Position numbers and translations under genes: made by a program. The notes beneath the pieces were generated by a model. The model saw nothing but the letters and a program-made list of their open reading frames with translations, had not been told where the DNA came from and did not search any database. This document shows positions 61,022 to 64,000 of a DNA stretch of 64,000 nt, piece after piece. The DNA comes from Planctomycetota bacterium (GTDB taxonomy: Bacteria; Planctomycetota; Brocadiia; SM23-32): the NCBI GenBank assembly GCA_021161675.1, contig JAGHAF010000077.1:7404-71403 (forward strand). Reading direction: 5' to 3'. Every line of letters begins with the position of its first letter. The stretch's first letter is position 1.

Positions 61022-62077
61022 ATGGGCCAAATCGAACATGAGCCGGAGCGCGCCTGCGTACGCGCCCCCAACTGGGTGGGCGACGTGGTAATGGCCACGC
61101 CGGCCTTCCGGGCCCTGCGCAGCGGCCTGCCGAAGGCGCACATATCGCTGGTCGTGCGGCGGCGGGTTGCGCCGGTTCTTCGGGGCGCCCCCTGGTTCGA
61201 TCAGGTTATCACGTACGACCCGGAGGGGCGCTGGGCGCCGGGGGAGTTTGTGCGCTGCGCAAGGGCGCTCAGGACGCCGCGGCGGGAGTTGGGCCTGCTG
61301 CTGCCGAACTCGCTGAGTTCGGCGCTGATGTTCAGGCTGGCCGGCGTGCGGCGGCGCGTCGGCTACAAGCGCGACTGCCGCTCCGTTCTGCTCACGGACG
61401 CCGTCCCCAGGCCTTCGGAGGGCGGCCGCTTCAAGCCGACGTACATGGTGGATTACTACCTGCGCCTCTGCGAGCGCGCCGGCCTGGAGGTCGCCGGCCG
61501 GCGCATGGAGCTGTTTTTTTCGGACGAGGACGCCGGGCGCGCGCAGCAAGTCCTGCGCCGCCAGGGCGTCGCGCCGGATGAAAGCCTGCACCTCTTGCAT
61601 CCCGGCGCGGGGTATGGCCCGTCAAAACGATGGCCGGCCGAACGCTTCGCGCGGCTGGCGGGGATGCTCAGTTCGGAGTTCGGGGCGAAGGTGGCCGTCA
61701 TCGGCGGCCCCGCGGAGCAGGCCGCCGCCCGCGCCATTCAGAGGCGAAGCTCAGGCGAAGTGACAAACCTGATTGATTGTGGCATTGACCTGCATCTGCT
61801 CAAGTGCGTGGTGGCAAGGAGCGGGCTGCTGGTCACGACGGATTCGGGGCCCCGCCATTACGGGGTGGCGCTTGGCGTCCCCACCGTCTGCGTAATGGGC
61901 CCCACCCATCCCGCTTATTCGACCAGCGACCTGCCGAACGACCGGGTGGTGCGGCTGGACGTGGAGTGCGGCCCCTGCCAGCGGAAGGTATGCCCGCTGG
62001 ACCATCGCTGCATGGAAGACATCAGCGCCAGAATGGTTTTCGACGCGTGCGCGGAGGCTATAGCAGCAGGTTGCTAA
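61022..62077 (+). CDS. waaF: Lipopolysaccharide heptosyltransferase II (GT9)
   Basis: PNWVGDVVMATP, LPNS, HPGAGYGPSKRWP, TDSGPRH, CGPC..KVCP..HRCM. Confidence 0.88.
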   Translation: MGQIEHEPERACVRAPNWVGDVVMATPAFRALRSGLPKAHISLVVRRRVAPVLRGAPWFDQVITYDPEGRWAPGEFVRCARALRTPRRELGLLLPNSLSSALMFRLAGVRRRVGYKRDCRSVLLTDAVPRPSEGGRFKPTYMVDYYLRLCERAGLEVAGRRMELFFSDEDAGRAQQVLRRQGVAPDESLHLLHPGAGYGPSKRWPAERFARLAGMLSSEFGAKVAVIGGPAEQAAARAIQRRSSGEVTNLIDCGIDLHLLKCVVARSGLLVTTDSGPRHYGVALGVPTVCVMGPTHPAYSTSDLPNDRVVRLDVECGPCQRKVCPLDHRCMEDISARMVFDACAEAIAAGC

Positions 62078-62796
62078 TGATAGAGATAAGGAATCTGACA
62101 AAACGTTTCGGCCAGACGGTGGCCGTCGATCGGCTGAGCCTCACCGTTGAGCCGGGAGAGCTGTTCGTGTTCCTGGGGCCGAACGGCGCCGGCAAGACGA
62201 CCACCATCAAGATGATCACCGGGTTGCTGCGCCCCACCGAGGGAGAGGTAGTCCTGTGCGGACACGACGTGCAGACCGATTACATGGCGGCGAAGTCGCT
62301 GCTCAGCTACGTGCCCGATCAGCCCTTCCTGTATGAGAAGCTGACGGGCCGGGAGTTCCTGCATTTCGTCGGGAGCATGTACGGGGTGGGCAAGCAGCGG
62401 CGCCGCGGCAGGATCGGCGAACTGACCGAGCGCTTCGAGATGGGCGGCTTCCTCGACCAGCCGGGCGAGACCTATTCGCACGGGATGAAGCAACGCTTGG
62501 TCATCAGCGCGGCGCTGCTGCACGAGCCGCGCGTGATCGTCATCGATGAGCCAATGGTCGGACTCGATCCCAAAGGCGCCAACACACTCAAGAGAACGCT
62601 CAAAGAGGAAACGGAGCGCGGGGTGGCGATCTTCATGTCGACCCACACGCTGGCGGTGGCGGAGGAGACGGCGGAGCGCGTCGGCATTATCCGCAAGGGC
62701 GCCCTTGTGGCGCTTGGCACGCTCGCCCAGGTCTATGAAAGCGCCCAGACGGATCAACGGCTGGAAGAAGCCTTCCTTCGCCTTACGGAGGAGTAG
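62077..62796 (+). CDS. ABC transporter ATP-binding protein
   Basis: GPNGAGKTT, YSHGMKQR, IDEPMVGLDP, STH. Confidence 0.95.
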   Translation: MIEIRNLTKRFGQTVAVDRLSLTVEPGELFVFLGPNGAGKTTTIKMITGLLRPTEGEVVLCGHDVQTDYMAAKSLLSYVPDQPFLYEKLTGREFLHFVGSMYGVGKQRRRGRIGELTERFEMGGFLDQPGETYSHGMKQRLVISAALLHEPRVIVIDEPMVGLDPKGANTLKRTLKEETERGVAIFMSTHTLAVAEETAERVGIIRKGALVALGTLAQVYESAQTDQRLEEAFLRLTEE

Positions 62797-62844
62797 CCGG
62801 GCAGTCAGGGGCCTGGGGATTCAGACAATCGGGGATTCACGACG

Positions 62845-64000
62845 ATGCGTGATCTACTGCTGCTGATCAGTGTGAGATTCAGGATCATCCGCCACGGGGC
62901 GCGGGAGTTTCTCGGCAGCTCTCGCCTGCGGGTCACGGTGGTGATAGGGCTCGTCGTGTTCTTCTGGCTGCTGATGTTCGCGATGTTCTACGATGCATTC
63001 CGGTTCCTGCACGGCGGGTTCCTGGGCATCAGCGGCATATTGATCGAGTATCTGTTCGCGTTCCTTTTTGTCTCCCTGCTGGTGATGATGGCGATCAGCG
63101 ATGCGATCATCGCCTACGCGTCCCTGTATCGAAGCGGAGAAACGGAGTTCCTCCACTCGCTGCCCTTGCGCGCGGAGAACACCTTCGCCTACCGCGGCGC
63201 CGACTCAATGGTGTTCAGCCTGTGGGGGGTGGGGACGCTGGTTATCCCCATGGTTCTGGCCTACGCCGCCATATTCCCGACGACCTGGTATTTTCTGCCT
63301 TTCGCACTCGCGCTTTCCGTCCTTTTCATCCTCTTTGCCACTGAGCTGGGCGCCTTTTTCGCGCTCGTGGTGGGGCTGTTTCTGCCACGGGGGCATCGCA
63401 AGGCGCTCATCGGGCTGGCGGTGGCGGCGGTGGGCGCGGCGGTCCTGTGGGGCGTGCCGATCGGCGCAAAACTGCAGGAGAGCAAATTCAATGAGGCGGG
63501 CATCCGCTACGTGATCAACAAGACATCGTTCTGCCAGCACTGGGCGCTGCCCAGCCATTGGGTGAGTCGCGGAATGCTGGCCGCCGCGCACGGCGACCTC
63601 AGCGAGGCGGCGTTTCTGACGGCGCTGCTTCTGGCCAACGTGTTATTTCTGGGGATGGTTACGTATCGTTTCGCCTTCTACGGCTACCGGCTGAGCTGGT
63701 GCGCATCCCGCGGGATGTCCCGGCGCTCCCTGCGCGGCCCGGAGTCGGTCTTCTGGAAGGCCGTGGAAGGGGCGCTTCTGCCGCTTCCTCTGCGGCTTCG
63801 CCAGCTCGTGCTCAAAGACATGAAGACCTTCCTGCGGGACCCCTCCCAATGGTCGCAGTTCCTCCTCTTCTTCGGGCTGCTGGCGCTTTACGTCCTGAAC
63901 CTGCCGCGCTTCAACCTGGACCAGCTCCAGCCCTACTGGCACAGCATGATCGCCCTGCTGAACCTGGGCGCGGCCTGCCTGACGCTGGCCACGCTGACCA
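62845..64000 (+). CDS. ABC exporter permease (runs off window end)
   Basis: Open frame from ATG 62845 with many TM helices, EFLHSLPL and KDMKTFLRDPSQWSQ motifs. Confidence 0.85.
   Translation, partial: MRDLLLLISVRFRIIRHGAREFLGSSRLRVTVVIGLVVFFWLLMFAMFYDAFRFLHGGFLGISGILIEYLFAFLFVSLLVMMAISDAIIAYASLYRSGETEFLHSLPLRAENTFAYRGADSMVFSLWGVGTLVIPMVLAYAAIFPTTWYFLPFALALSVLFILFATELGAFFALVVGLFLPRGHRKALIGLAVAAVGAAVLWGVPIGAKLQESKFNEAGIRYVINKTSFCQHWALPSHWVSRGMLAAAHGDLSEAAFLTALLLANVLFLGMVTYRFAFYGYRLSWCASRGMSRRSLRGPESVFWKAVEGALLPLPLRLRQLVLKDMKTFLRDPSQWSQFLLFFGLLALYVLNLPRFNLDQLQPYWHSMIALLNLGAACLTLATLT

Overview
GC-rich, gene-dense bacterial core-chromosome segment. It is most consistent with an anaerobic member of Planctomycetota/PVC (inference from dnaN-DUF721-gyrB-gyrA without dnaA/recF, a planctomycete-type extended sigma-like protein, an orphan rpsR, an A/V-type ATPase and LPS heptose genes). 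It carries rpsR, a GH5-tldD-tldE operon, smpB, a four-oxidoreductase sugar cluster, TPR-rpsT, dprA, a PTS-IIA + complete A/V-ATPase operon (H,C,I,K,F,E,A,B,D) + USP + nitroreductase, gap-pgk-rpe-accD, purF/purC, gyrAB, dciA and dnaN. Further along are a probable oriC, DUF1015, a degenerate sigma-like gene, a tRNA thiolase-like gene, AAC(3)-LarA-ACD genes, an archaeal-type thyA, a P-type ATPase, thrC, two Flp pilins, dapB, an AAA-DUF4143 gene, waaF and an ABC exporter. No rRNA, tRNA, CRISPR or intact transposase was seen. The most notable observations are: a promoter-driven, ORF-less, structured ~0.7 kb region after smpB with a boxA-like site; a pseudo-sigma factor lacking melting residues and regions 3/4; an oriC candidate with variant DnaA boxes; a PurF lacking the catalytic Cys; a 253-bp MITE nested in an inverted-repeat cassette; and several families of 7/9/21-bp repeat cassettes. 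All calls come from visual motif reading; no database searches were run.
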